Source of the DNA: Takakia lepidozioides
Taxonomy: Eukaryota; Plantae; Bryophyta
Length of the DNA stretch: 64,000 nt
Direction of reading: 5' to 3'
Assembly (NCBI GenBank): GCA_030704615.1
Contig: CM060732.1
Location: forward strand, 73,594,001 to 73,658,000
Below are positions 22,244 to 33,502 of this stretch, piece after piece. The notes beneath the pieces are model-generated. The model saw only the letters and a list, made by a program, of their open reading frames with translations. It ran no database searches and was not told where the DNA came from. The position numbers and the translations under genes were made by a program. The stretch's first letter is position 1. Every line of letters starts with the position of its first letter.

Positions 22244-25200
22244 ATGGCTTCCTCTGAAGCGGAGTTCTTCTCAGACGACAAACCAGTGCCGTTCTCCCAG
22301 GAAGTCCTTGACAATGGATTTGCAATTGTTCTGGAACATGTCTTGGCTACCCGTTTTCAGCTGCAGAATGGCTCCATCTTTTTGGAGAAAGAGGTTTACG
22401 ATCTGAAAGGGAAGTTGGTGAAATATTCTTTCCAAAACCGTGATGAGACGGCTCATATCAGCCAGTGGAGAGTGCGTCCTGGTCGATACAGAGTACTTGG
22501 AGAGCCTCGGCGAAAGTCCCTTGGGTCATATGTGACGCCGGGACTGCTGCTTCGGTCGTTGAAGACAAGAGGGAGGTGGTGGTGAAAAAAGAACAGACTT
22601 CCTCCACTCCAATCGTTGAGCTTTCGGATTCTTCCGATGATGACATAAGTGAAATTCCAAATCCAGTCCTTCCTACTGTGGTTGCAGAAGCTGATGAAGA
22701 AGAGATTTGTAGTGTCATTCCAAAATTGCGGGCGATGGGAGGAATGGCTGGATTCAAAAGTGAGTTGCGGGGAATTGATTGGGAATCTTTGAAGCAGGTG
22801 CCTGTGAAGTTCTTGCCGGAGACTTTTGATGGCGATATCCTATTCGAGCTGCCTCCTCTCTCCGCGAGTTGGAGGTGTAACAATCATGATGCATGGAATG
22901 GACAAGAAACACGACGGGCACCCGTGGTGCAGAACAAAAACATCCAATATTCAGAATGATGACAAGCTTGTTTTCAGGAGGACAGTTTGCAATGGACACC
23001 TTAGGTGTGATAATTTGAATTGCAGACACTTTCTTCAGTCTGGGGTTCATAATCAAAGCGAATGGGAGGGTCTGGCGGAAAATCCATTTCAGCCTGGGAC
23101 TGCCCCTCCACCGGCAAACACTTTCGTCTGCAAATTCTGCAAACTTGTGCCATCCTGCTTGGCGCTCTGCGGAGCAAGAATGTACTATGTTGTCCACCGT
23201 TTGAATACAATGACGAGAGCTTGTGTGCATTTTGGATTCCATAACCATCCTGTCTCGAAGGGGGATTACAGGGAGAGTGTTGAGACAGTATCGAGGTTGA
23301 TCAAACAGGAGTTCGGGAGAAACCCATCCGCAACAACATCTGCAATTGCTCTTGGCGCAAGCAAGTCCTTCTTGGAAAGCCATATTTTGAGTGAAGGAGA
23401 TTCTGTGGGGACTAAACTTGACGGTGCAGCATTGGACCTGGTCATGGATCATTTCTCCACTTTAAGTTCACCTAACATTCGGCATCAGATCAATGCATTG
23501 AGAATGGGCTCTGGGATCAGAGGCTACATAGACAATATTTTGGAATTGAAACGAGTGAGCAAGTACGATTACATCCAGGACAATGTATTCCCAGGTCAAG
23601 GTGCCATCAAAGTTTTTCTTTTCAAAATGTCGACTGTTGGGGAGGGGCAGTGGGGTTAGCCTCGTGAAGCGGATGCAGAAGACTGGGGACTTGCAGAACT
23701 GTTTTCTTATGTTTGATCATGTGAAACGAGTGAAGGATTGGACGACAATGGCTTGTCATGTCTACGATCCAGTGTACCAACGAGTTATGACAATTGCAGT
23801 TTGTGACATGCAATCCGAGGATACGGAATCCAGAAGCTCATGTGGAATTCCCTGATACGTGTCATGGGCTGCCATGGGCTGCCATCTCCAAATTTCGCAG
23901 GTTTCATGGCGGATAGTGCTCAAGCAAATTTCAATGCTATTCGTATTGTCTTCGGATCGGGCGACCCAAAAGTGCCTATGCCAGGAAGAGAGCGTACATG
24001 TCTATTCCATTGGACACAATCTCTGGAAAACATACAAAGTCGGACATCAAACCAGAGATGCAGACTCAGCACCGTAAATTGTGCAAAGAGTACAAAGATG
24101 CTAGAACAATGAAGGAGGCGGACACTTTGTTCCAGACAATTCGTGCCTGGTGGTTCTCTTCTGGAGCTGCATCACTTGAGAGTATGAGAGCATTGGAAGA
24201 TTGGCTGGCGTTTTGGCACTTCCGGTATAGACAGTGGGGAGCAGCCATGACAATGGTACGAGGCTTCTATTTCATGCTTTATTCATTTGCTTTTGCTTTC
24301 CATATTTTTGACTCATTGCTTTCTTTATGTTGTTTCCTGTGCACTGTTCTGAAGTGTGGTTATCCTCTTTGCAGAACATGTCCATTGAGGAAATGGCGGA
24401 CATGCCATCTTGCAATTTGGCAGAAACTGTGCACAATGCATGGTTGCAGCAGTCTGGGAAACGAGGTCGGGATTTGTATGTGGCAACAACAGATGATTTG
24501 ATACGTGCCTTGCAACAACAAACCCGATACCGTGATTTCTTACGAGGTGGGGTTGGTGGCAAGGGTCCGGACAAATGGGAGTTGATGTTGCGTGCTGCAA
24601 ACAGATCTGGGGATCCAATCAAGATAGCACGGGCGGAGCATGTATGCCCAGGGAACGCCACTTGTTTCTAGAGTTCCACATCTTGAAGGGGAGGAGAGAT
24701 TCGGCTCCTGTAAGAGGAAATTGAACACTCCACCTGGTTCGGATTCAGATTCCCACAGGGCAGACCGTGATAACTTCTCGAAGCCTCGTGTTCCCCTGCA
24801 TGACAGCTCCATGTCCGGAACCTCCATTGTGGAGGAACCTCCAACACGACGGCAAGCTCCAGCATCAAACCGTGCCACTGAAATGTGCAGGAGAGAAACA
24901 ACCCTTGATGTGCTTGAGTCCGCATGCCCCGACCACGTTTGGCACATAGAACGCACAAATGTCGGGTCTCGTGTGAAATGTTACAGCGATCAGGGCAACT
25001 AATTTCGAGAAGTGCACTTCATCTATATCCAGAGGTGGTGCCCCGAACTCCTGCTCCGACTTTCACGGGCTTGATGCGTCCATACGGTCAACCAGAAGCC
25101 AAGAACCACAAGTTCTGGTTCTGCGCAGATGATTGTGCCAGATTGTGTGCATGGAACTGTGCGTCCTTCCGTAGTGATGAAGCCATCTCCTCCAACCATT

Positions 25201-25777
25201 TGGCCCGTGAAGGTGGGAACACATCTCAGCTTTCAGGAGATTGAAATGCTGGAGGAGGCAGGTTTTTCCCTTGCGAGACAACCCCCAACTCCATGCATGT
25301 GCTACTACTTCTGCGTCCTCCCGGGTCCCCCGACAAATCCTGACTTGTGTCCCACCAACGAGATGGAAAGCTCGTTCGGCGTTTCCCTCCAACCGCTGAA
25401 CACTTTGGCAAAGTGGCAGTCCGCAAGAATGCTCCAAGCTCGTGTCGGAAGCACCACGGAAGTATTCGATCCAGGATATGGTCGGGTATTCACAATCATC
25501 ACTTCCACATTTGCTGTTCATGACAGGACCTACGACATCACGGTTTCCAATTTCCCCAATTGCACATGTCCTGATTTTGTGAATATGCTATCAACCAGTT
25601 TGGGCAAGAGAGGTAAATTCATACCCTGCAAACATTTGTATTTCATATTTTTTGAGGAGGATGGTTTGCGATGCGATCCAAACGTAACAACTTCATTCAC
25701 CAGACCACTATGAGTTTCAATGAGGTCGATACTCTTTTGCAGCGGGATACAACACATGGGTAGCATGAACTATGTAA
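22244..25777 (+). CDS. MULE transposase with GCM/WRKY-like zinc DNA-binding domain, DDE core and SWIM finger (frameshifted)
   Basis: CNGHLRCDNLNC...CKFC...CGARMY...ACVHFGFHNHP; MFDHVKRV; FMADSAQANFNAI...CLFHW (CxxH); SCNLAETVH; SWIM NCTCPDF...PCKHLYF. Intron 24256-24374. 3' end approximate. Confidence 0.87.
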
Positions 25778-26209
25778 TGTGGTATGTGGATGACCATGAT
25801 TTTGAAATGTGTAATTCACATCAATTCGTCGGCTGTGCAATGATATGGCCTCCAACTATACGGAGTGAGCTCTGAGTGACAACTTTTAGGTAGTTGCACA
25901 TTTGTCATTGCACCGTTCGAAGTCTACATGTCTTGCTGTCGCTATTGCACTACAATCATCTTTTGAAGATGATCATAACTCTCATTGTTATTTGAGGAGG
26001 GAGGAAGTCTTCTCGTGGTAGCCTTTATGGCGCACACTTTGTGAGGATATTTGTCGTCTTCGTAATTGTAAAAGTGAAACAAGCATTTGTAATTGCACAA
26101 TGTTGGATGCTGCAATTGTAGGCCTCAACGCTCGTCTTGATTCTATTTTAGGCAAGATTCCCTGCATTAATTCCACGGTCATAGGACCATCCACGGTTAT
26201 AGGCGGCGC

Positions 26210-26417
26210 ATGTTAATGCTGACGTGGCAGTTGACGGACAGTGCCACGTCATCATTTACAGCCACATCAGCATGCTGACATGACGCTCACGCCAACGTCA
26301 GCGTGTGTGCAGGCTCACGCCACGTCAGCTGGCGTGAGCGTATGCTCACGCCACGTCACTCCTGCGTGAGCGTACGCTCGCGCGCTCACGTACAACGCTC
26401 ACGCCATGGCGTCGTTG
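26210..26417 (-). repeat. Right TIR and subterminal GCTCACGCCACGTCA motifs
   Basis: Repeated gctcacgcc(a)cgtca, ending cgctcacgccatggcgtcgttg before the TSD. Confidence 0.8.
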
Positions 26418-26426
26418 AATCATTGT

Positions 26427-26960
26427 TGGGCGATTCTCGGGCTAGGGTGATGGCCAGTGTGCATCAAGTCCGGTCGTGGCTTGGGTCAACAGTGTTGCTG
26501 GATGCAACTGCAATGGGGTCATGGGCTCATCGTCCACGGCTGTGATGGACTAACTTAATGCCACTTGCACTGCTCAAGCATGCATTTGATGGGGTGTAGC
26601 GGCCAGCACACCTCACAGTGGATAGCATTTTGGACACAAGGAGGCAGTCTCAGCGTGTGAGACACGATGACCGGTCGCCTTTGGCAATGGTCAACAAGGT
26701 GGGTCAACCACGAGCTGCACTACCTACACTGCTCAGCTTCCCAGGATCGCATGTTTTCCGGGATAGTGGACCTGACCTCCTGTGGGATGCCCAGTTGCAG
26801 CAGTTAGTGGAGCCCAATGCCAACGAGCATGAGTGGGCAATGTGTTTTACTACTGGTACCACGGTGATGCCATCTCTTTCTGAGGCATCACGTCGTCAGG
26901 TGTTGGGGTAAGCAATGGATCTCAATTGCTTGACCTGGATCATCAGCCTGAGTATAGCTG
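26427..26960 (+). pseudogene. C-terminal half of the Gypsy DNMT domain, copy 2
   Basis: GDSRARVMASV...AHRPRL*, EWAMCFTTGTT, RRQVLG*; premature stops. Confidence 0.88.
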
Positions 26961-27454
26961 AGCATCGCAAGTTGTGGACAACTTCTCCCACTACATGTCC
27001 CTTGACAGACTCCCTGCCTACCGAGACGGTACATGCAGTGAGTGGGGGCGAGCAGGTGAGGACCACGAGGTGCAGACATCCATGGTACACGTGGGAGGTG
27101 CTCGAGGTTCAGAGGGAGTTGGTAGCCAAGGCGACGGTGATGGATGAGGTTGGGGATTCTTCGGGTTGAGGAGGTCCTTAAGGATGAGATGATGGGGCAG
27201 GATGAGGCATTGTCATTGACAGAGCAGGCAGTGAGCACTTGCTCAAGAGGTTGCATCATAGAAACCACGGGACGCGTCTCTTAACTCTAAGTCTGCTGGA
27301 CTTAAGGTTGCAGTTACGGAGGACAATTGGGAGTCTAACATTGGACCCATTGTCATCGGAGGAGAGAGACGACGTATATGGCAATTCCTGAGGGCTTGTA
27401 GGAATTGCTTTGTCTCTCGTGCTACGGTGGAGGAGCATGAGAGACATATTCAGG

Positions 27455-29138
27455 TGGTGCATTGACCGGGTTTGGTCAATCGGGATGCAGATGGATTGAG
27501 TCGCAATCCATGTACGAACCAGCAGGATGACATGCACTGGAGCTCGGTGGCATGGTGAGATGGACGAAGAGATGGTGTCGGGATGACATGCATCTGTCTT
27601 TTTGTGTATCTTGGCATCAGGAGATCAGGTTGGACCTACAACATGGATGACTGTAGACGAAGTGTCTGAGGACCCTGAGGCTAGTGATAAGCCAGGTGGT
27701 GCCAAAGATATACATGAGGATTCGGTTGTGTTGGACTACCTCCGCAATGGAGACACGGCAGTCACTGTGACTACCAATGAGAGGGATCGGATCCTGCAAC
27801 GAGCCAAGAGGTTCAAGTGGGAGGGGATACATCTACTCCGAGTGTGGGAGGATGGTCGGGTGAGGATTGTGCCTCACCCAACAGAGCGTGCATGATTAGT
27901 GCGGCATGCCCATGAGGAGTTGGGGCATTTTGGAGTGCGACTCACTCATAGTCTATTGTAGGGGCAGTATTGTTGGCGTGGTATGCACACAGAGGTGCAA
28001 CAATTCGTGGCTAGGTGCATGATGTGTGACATGGTGCGTGCTTCATTCAACGTCCCTACACCCCAGTTGCATCCTCTTCCGATCATGAGATTGGGCTACG
28101 GATAGAATCTTGACTTCGCATGACCGTTACCATTGACGGATGCGCCACCACAGATATATGTTGGTGATGGTGGAGCACTTCTCCAAGTGGATTGAGTTGG
28201 TTCCGTTGCCTGACAAGGCTAGTGAGGGGCTGGTATGCATTATTGGATCGTGTGCTTAGCCGATTTGGTGCTCCAGCTGAGGTACTCACGGACCAAGGGA
28301 GAGAGTTCTTGGGGGAGTTTCAGGCTTTGTGTGATAAAGCCTTGATAGACCACCGCACCACTTCTCGGGATCATTCTGAGGCCGATGGCTTGGCAGAGAG
28401 ATTTGTTCAGACGGTGAAGATGGGTTTGCGCAAGTATGGCTTGCAGAAGGGACACCTAGGAGATTGGGATCTTTAGGTACATTGGTTAGCCATGGGCTAC
28501 AGGTTCAGCAAGCAAGCATCGCTTGCCTCCTTCTCACCATATTTCCTTCTCTTTGGGCGAGAGCCGGATTTGCCTACAGCCATTCGTAGGGACACTGCTC
28601 AAGTCCTCAACCTTGACGATCCGGACGTGTGGGTACGTGCATGCAATCATCGTGCAAAGTTGTTCAAGAAAGTCATGCCCATGGCTTTTGATAACTTTGC
28701 CATTGCACAACACCGTGATACATTGAGGTATGTCACTATACGTAGTGGAGGATATCGTCCTGGGGTTCGGAGGTTTAGCCTGGTGACTATGTTTATTTGT
28801 AGCAGACTGCTCCTACGACCCTGGATGTGATTGCAGGGCGTGTTATTCTGAGGGTTTGAGAGGTGTTGTCCTCATGAGTTCTAATCTTGGAGGGTCGGGA
28901 TGGCATCATGACTTGGAAGGACCATGTGCGTATTTGTGCGCCATGACACCTTCCCAATGTCGATGGCAGAGTTGACCCAAACTTGGCAGTGGTACCTGCA
29001 GGTTTGAGGTGCATGCTCTGTGGGTTTGCCACTGGTGTGTGATCAATGCTCAAGAGGTTGGCACATGGGATGCTTGACACCACCTCTTTGAGAGGGTTCC
29101 TGATGGAGATTGGTTATGTCCACACTGCTTGGGATAGT
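27455..29138 (+). pseudogene. Degenerate RNase H end, integrase and PHD, copy 2
   Basis: Collinear with ~12236-13930 with stops and indels (TDQGREF, AERFVQTVK). Confidence 0.88.
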
Positions 29139-29399
29139 GGCAGTGGATATGATTAGTGGCAGCTAACAAGACATGCGGGGCCGAGCTTATAGGAGTCAAT
29201 ACACGAGATCCTAGGCTCAAGTTCACAGGTTGCAAGATGACGACTAACGATGGTGCAATTCTCGCACCCGGCCTCTTGATCTATCAAGTTTGAGTGTAGT
29301 AGGGACAGTGATGGAGGACTTAGTGAGGCTACGGCCACTATCACATCTTGTGGCTATCTAGACTTAGAGGGACCTAAGCACCAGCTAGGGGGGCGATTT

Positions 29400-29577
29400 T
29401 GTGGTGGACTAGTGACTGCCATAATAAGCAGCATAGTGGAAGCCTAGTGACTGATTAGTGGCAGCCTAGTGGTTAAACTAATGGCTGGACTAGTGGTATA
29501 CTAGTGTGTGGTGTGCACATGTGTTGTGTGGTTTTGGACAACGATGTAGTTGTGTAACGATATGTATGCGCACGACA
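29400..29577 (+). repeat. 3' LTR of Gypsy copy 2
   Basis: Follows PPT aggggggcga, ends gcgcacgaca; homologous to 14191-14378. Confidence 0.87.
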
Positions 29578-29599
29578 TGCGTCATTTCTGCTTTGTATC

Positions 29600-29935
29600 C
29601 AATCCCTTTCACGTACCATACATGTTTTTCTGTTGCTGTCTGACGAGACCTCAAAAAAAGCCTTTTGGGTGGGGGCAGAAACGGTGTGCAGCTTCGAAGC
29701 ACACCATTTTCTGCTCCACAACAATCACTTTCAAGTACCCTCCATGTTTTCTGTTGTTGTCTGAAAATACCTCAAAAGAGCCTTTTGGGTGGGGCAAAAA
29801 ACGATGTGCTTCAAAGCACACCATTTCTGCAATGTTTTGAATGCCTTTGAAGGACCCTCCATGCTTTCTTTTGCTCTCTGAAGAGACCTCCAAAAAACCC
29901 TTTTCGATTGGGGTAGGAACAGTGTGCTTCAACGC
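29600..29935. repeat. ~120-bp tandem repeat x3
   Basis: Recurrent catgtttttctgttg..tctga..a.acctcaaaa.agccttttgggtgggg..aaacg.tgtgc. Confidence 0.7.
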
Positions 29936-30239
29936 GTCGCAGTGGATTTCAGCTTTAAGATGGTGGATTCTTGTTTGTTCTATGTTCTATGTGTATGTAA
30001 CTCAACCCATTGATTGGATTCATTGTATAATTATATTGCCAGGGCCTTGGATTCTTTGTCGGCTTGTTTGCAATATGTAGCATAGGTCGGCACTCTATAG
30101 TCCTACCTATTCATTAAAGCCATGGGCTCTTCTTTCATAATGGGATCTTCTTTCTTCATACTGTACATGCCTATTCCCACAGATATATATGTCCATCGGG
30201 AATAGGTACCCTTTCTTCGACCGCCCGTCCTCTGACATT

Positions 30240-30387
30240 TGTTGACATGGCCGCCGCTCACGCTGACATGGCGTGAGTGTGGGCTCACGCCACGTCATAG
30301 TGGATGAGCGTGCACTCACGCCACGTCAGCCCTACGTGAGCGTGCGCTCACCGTTCACGGCTCGCCGCTCACGCCGTAGTGTCGCTC
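30240..30387. mobile_element. Right terminus of a second, related MULE
   Basis: Same gctcacgccacgtca motifs. Ends cgctcacgccgtagtgtcgctc, resembling cgctcacgccatggcgtcgttg at 26417. Confidence 0.7.
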
Positions 30388-30679
30388 CTAGTAAGCAGTC
30401 TAATATATCAAGTTTGTCATTTGGCTTTCATATTGGAAAGTCATGTTGTGACCGAGTTCACAGCTATGATGAGAGTGAAACTCAAGTCATTGTAAATGGC
30501 TAGTGTTGCTTCTTTTTGGAATGACATAAGAATAGACATAATTGGAACTGCAACAACAAACACCTCACGATCGCAATTGTGATTATTCAATAACATCATT
30601 ATCTTTGTATATGAAATAGATGGATATAAGCATTTCTAAAATAGACAAGCATCTTTAGTCTGACCATACCATAATTAAT

Positions 30680-31278
30680 CACAACTGGAATCTGGAAAGA
30701 AATCTGGCAAAATGATAGGGCCTCGAAACTTTCCGTTTTCCTTTGGAAATAGCTCATAAGATCCTCCTTGTGAAAAGTTTATATGAAATATGATAATCAT
30801 GAATGTGATGTGTATCCATGAAGTCTCTCTGGAACACTGTATGGTGACATGCCCCCGTGCAAAAACAGCTTGGTTATTGGTCTTTAATTTCTACTCTAAT
30901 TGGGAAATTCTGCCACCGCCATATCCTCCATCTTTCCTGTTGCTTAATTTTAGAAATGGCAGTTCCATGATTAAGTGCCCAGTGTGGGGATGTCTGAGAG
31001 CACATACCCTATGGGCTGTCTGGTGGAAAGCAAGATGTGATTGGTTGTATCAGGGTAAAACCCCCAGCGTAAGATCCATGATGTTTCAAATTTATATTGA
31101 TCTTATGACTGAGGGGAGGAAGGCTTGGAAATATCTGGGTGCGGCTCTTTCCAGAGTTGCAGAAAGGCGGCGAGTGCAACTTCTCCAGAACTTTGACGAC
31201 TCCTGGGGCAAGAATGACGTCCTCGGCACCAGAGTTTCCGATTCTACAATTCACTGGAAAGACTCCATCCCCCCTTGA
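30680..31278 (+). pseudogene. 5'-truncated LINE remnant (zf-RVT / ORF2 C-terminus)
   Basis: IWKEIWQNDRASKLSVFLWK, SLEHCMVTCPRAKTAW and LWAVWWKARC motifs typical of plant L1 ORF2 ends. Confidence 0.7.
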
Positions 31279-32624
31279 TGGGAAAAGCCCGACTGAAGGT
31301 GAAGACAATGACTACAACTGGCGTCACAAGGAGGGCAACGAACTCCGAATCTAAAGCAAAGCTTAAATTTTAGAGACCTAGCTATAGGGCTAGGTAGTTT
31401 AGATTGGCTTGGTTCCAAGGTTTTCGCATCAGTCTCCTCATGCTCCCCCTCCTGGTGATAGATATATCTGTCATCTGCTTCTCTCTCGCTCAATCCTAAT
31501 GCTCCTCCTGTTCAGATTAGTACCGCTCTCAGTGGCTTTGTAGTTAGACTTTAGTACAGCCACCTGCTTTGGCTTTTTCAAGCAAACACTACTTGGATGC
31601 TTTTCTGCAGCGTAATTCTCTCCCTGTTTCTTCAGATTATTGGTCACTGGGTAGTAACCCCTCTGTTAGCCCCGCGGTGGTTATTTTTTCCACTTCTCAT
31701 GGTTAACATTGTAATCCCAAAAAGAAATAGACACATTCTTTGAGAGATATTTTGTCTGATGCCTACAAAATATGAATAAATTAAGCAAGAAGCCCATCTA
31801 TCCTTAAAAGTATTAGTCAAGCCTAATGGAAGGCAACAAAGCCATAAGTGCTAATCAGCAACACAGACAACTATACAAGCCCAAAACCTTCTGCATGATT
31901 GAAATTTGATGTCATGAGCCATTTTCTTAACTACATCAAACAAAGACATGCAATCTCAACTTCAAGGTGAAAGATAACTTAGTAATTATCTGAAGGAATG
32001 TCTTTTACAGCCTGACACGAATCTAAATTATGATAAACATATTTATTTAGCTCATTTCATGACTTACAATAGTATTGTGTCCTTTGCTTGTCTGTTGTGT
32101 GCAGTGAAATTCAATACATGTACTACTATTGCAAAGCAGTCAATTTGAAGTCGTGTGCCAACCTATGCATACGAGCCAAATGGTGAAAAGTTGAGGCAAA
32201 TTTGACAATCATATCATGCTTTAACTAAAGTGAGGTCATGGCGGTTTCAACCTCCAAGCGTGATCACAATTTATGCTTAGGTAAAACACACAAAACAGTC
32301 AATTCTATCAAAACTATTCTAGTTTGAGAAAATGCAATTCAAGGCATTAACATGATGAACACAAATCTTAAGGAAGGTATGAACCTTCATATATAGCTAC
32401 CATGCCGATTACCTTGATCAACAAGAACAAATGAAAATATTCGTACGTGAAGTGTCACTCATTTAGCTGGACCAAAAAGGGCTCCTCAAAATCTGAACTT
32501 GTGAGTGTTATTGCAAGGCCTCGCCCGTGCTTCCACCTTCAGGATTGTTCCAGAGTCCTGGACATTGTTCCCCGAAGTTTATTAGTAGTGCAGAGCAACA
32601 CAAAGCCCCATTGTGTAATTTTGA

Positions 32625-33020
32625 TTAGTGTAACCCCAAGTCTATGTCATTCTGACTATATTTGGAACCCCGGTCTGTTTAACCCCATGTAGTGTCACCT
32701 TGTGTCTAACTCACCTTAGTATATTTCGTACTTTGACCAAATTTGGACTTAGTCAAATTTCAAGATCAAGTGTGAGTTACACCGAGTCCATGTAACTCTG
32801 ATTATTGTAACCCCGGTCTGTGTAACCCCATATTGTGTCACCCTATGTGTCTTGTGTAACTTTCCTTAGTACATTTTATACTTAAGGCCAAATTTGGACT
32901 TAGTCAAATTTTGAGATGGAGTTACACGCTCTTTCAGTTAACCGTAAGCGAAGTTGTAGTCCCTTCCGTGTAACCCCTAGGGGAGTTACACTCCTTCCAT
33001 GTAACCCAGTTCCATGTCAC
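32625..33020. repeat. ~145-bp duplication with GTAACCCC motifs (possible small non-autonomous element)
   Basis: aaccccggtctgt..aaccccat...ccaaatttggacttagtcaaattt..agat..gagttacac occurs twice. Confidence 0.55.
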
Positions 33021-33502
33021 TCTTGAGAGGGAAGATTTGACATGCCAGAAACCAGCATACCATACTAATCAGAGATTGGATGTGTGCATTAAGTTCTTAC
33101 ATTATTCCTAGTGTTCTCGGCTTCTAATGCTTCTAACTTTGTTGAAGAACTACTGTTGTGGTTTCTCAGCAGACCCAGTTCTTTTCAATTTTTTTCTTTA
33201 TAGAAAGGGGACAAAGGCTCTGATCTAATTAAGAATCAAGTAAGTCCTATCATCGGTGTTGCATAGGGCATGCTTGTGTAGACTGTAGACCAGCTTGAAT
33301 GTTCACAATGTGGGTTTCCATGTTCTTTGTGTGGCAGTGCTCCCCAGGTATGATCACACTTCTGTCTTTGAGTTGGGTTTGATGATGTCATGGTTTTGTA
33401 GACAAACTTGTCGGTGAGAGTGTGGGTGGTGTTTCGGTGTGAGTCTCTCTCATTGCTTTGTACTCCCAATGCACACAGGGACGTGCTTGGCTGGTTTTGA
33501 GA

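Larger units (their letters stand above)
15102..26417. mobile_element. Mutator-like DNA transposon (MULE), 11.3 kb, with transposase and ParB-methyltransferase genes
   Basis: TSD AATCATTGT at 15093-15101 and 26418-26426 (10 bp if the preceding G is counted). Imperfect ~45-bp TIRs. Flanks rejoin the Gypsy DNMT sequence. Encodes a MULE-type transposase. Confidence 0.92.
14191..29577 (+). mobile_element. Ty3/Gypsy DNMT retrotransposon, copy 2 (degenerate, internally deleted, interrupted by MULE)
   Basis: 14379-15040 matches ~6426-7093. Deletion joins to ~9918 (DNMT). 26427-27412 matches ~9985-10955. RT/RH deleted at ~27412-27460. 27460-29399 matches ~12236-14190. Several in-frame stops. Confidence 0.9.
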
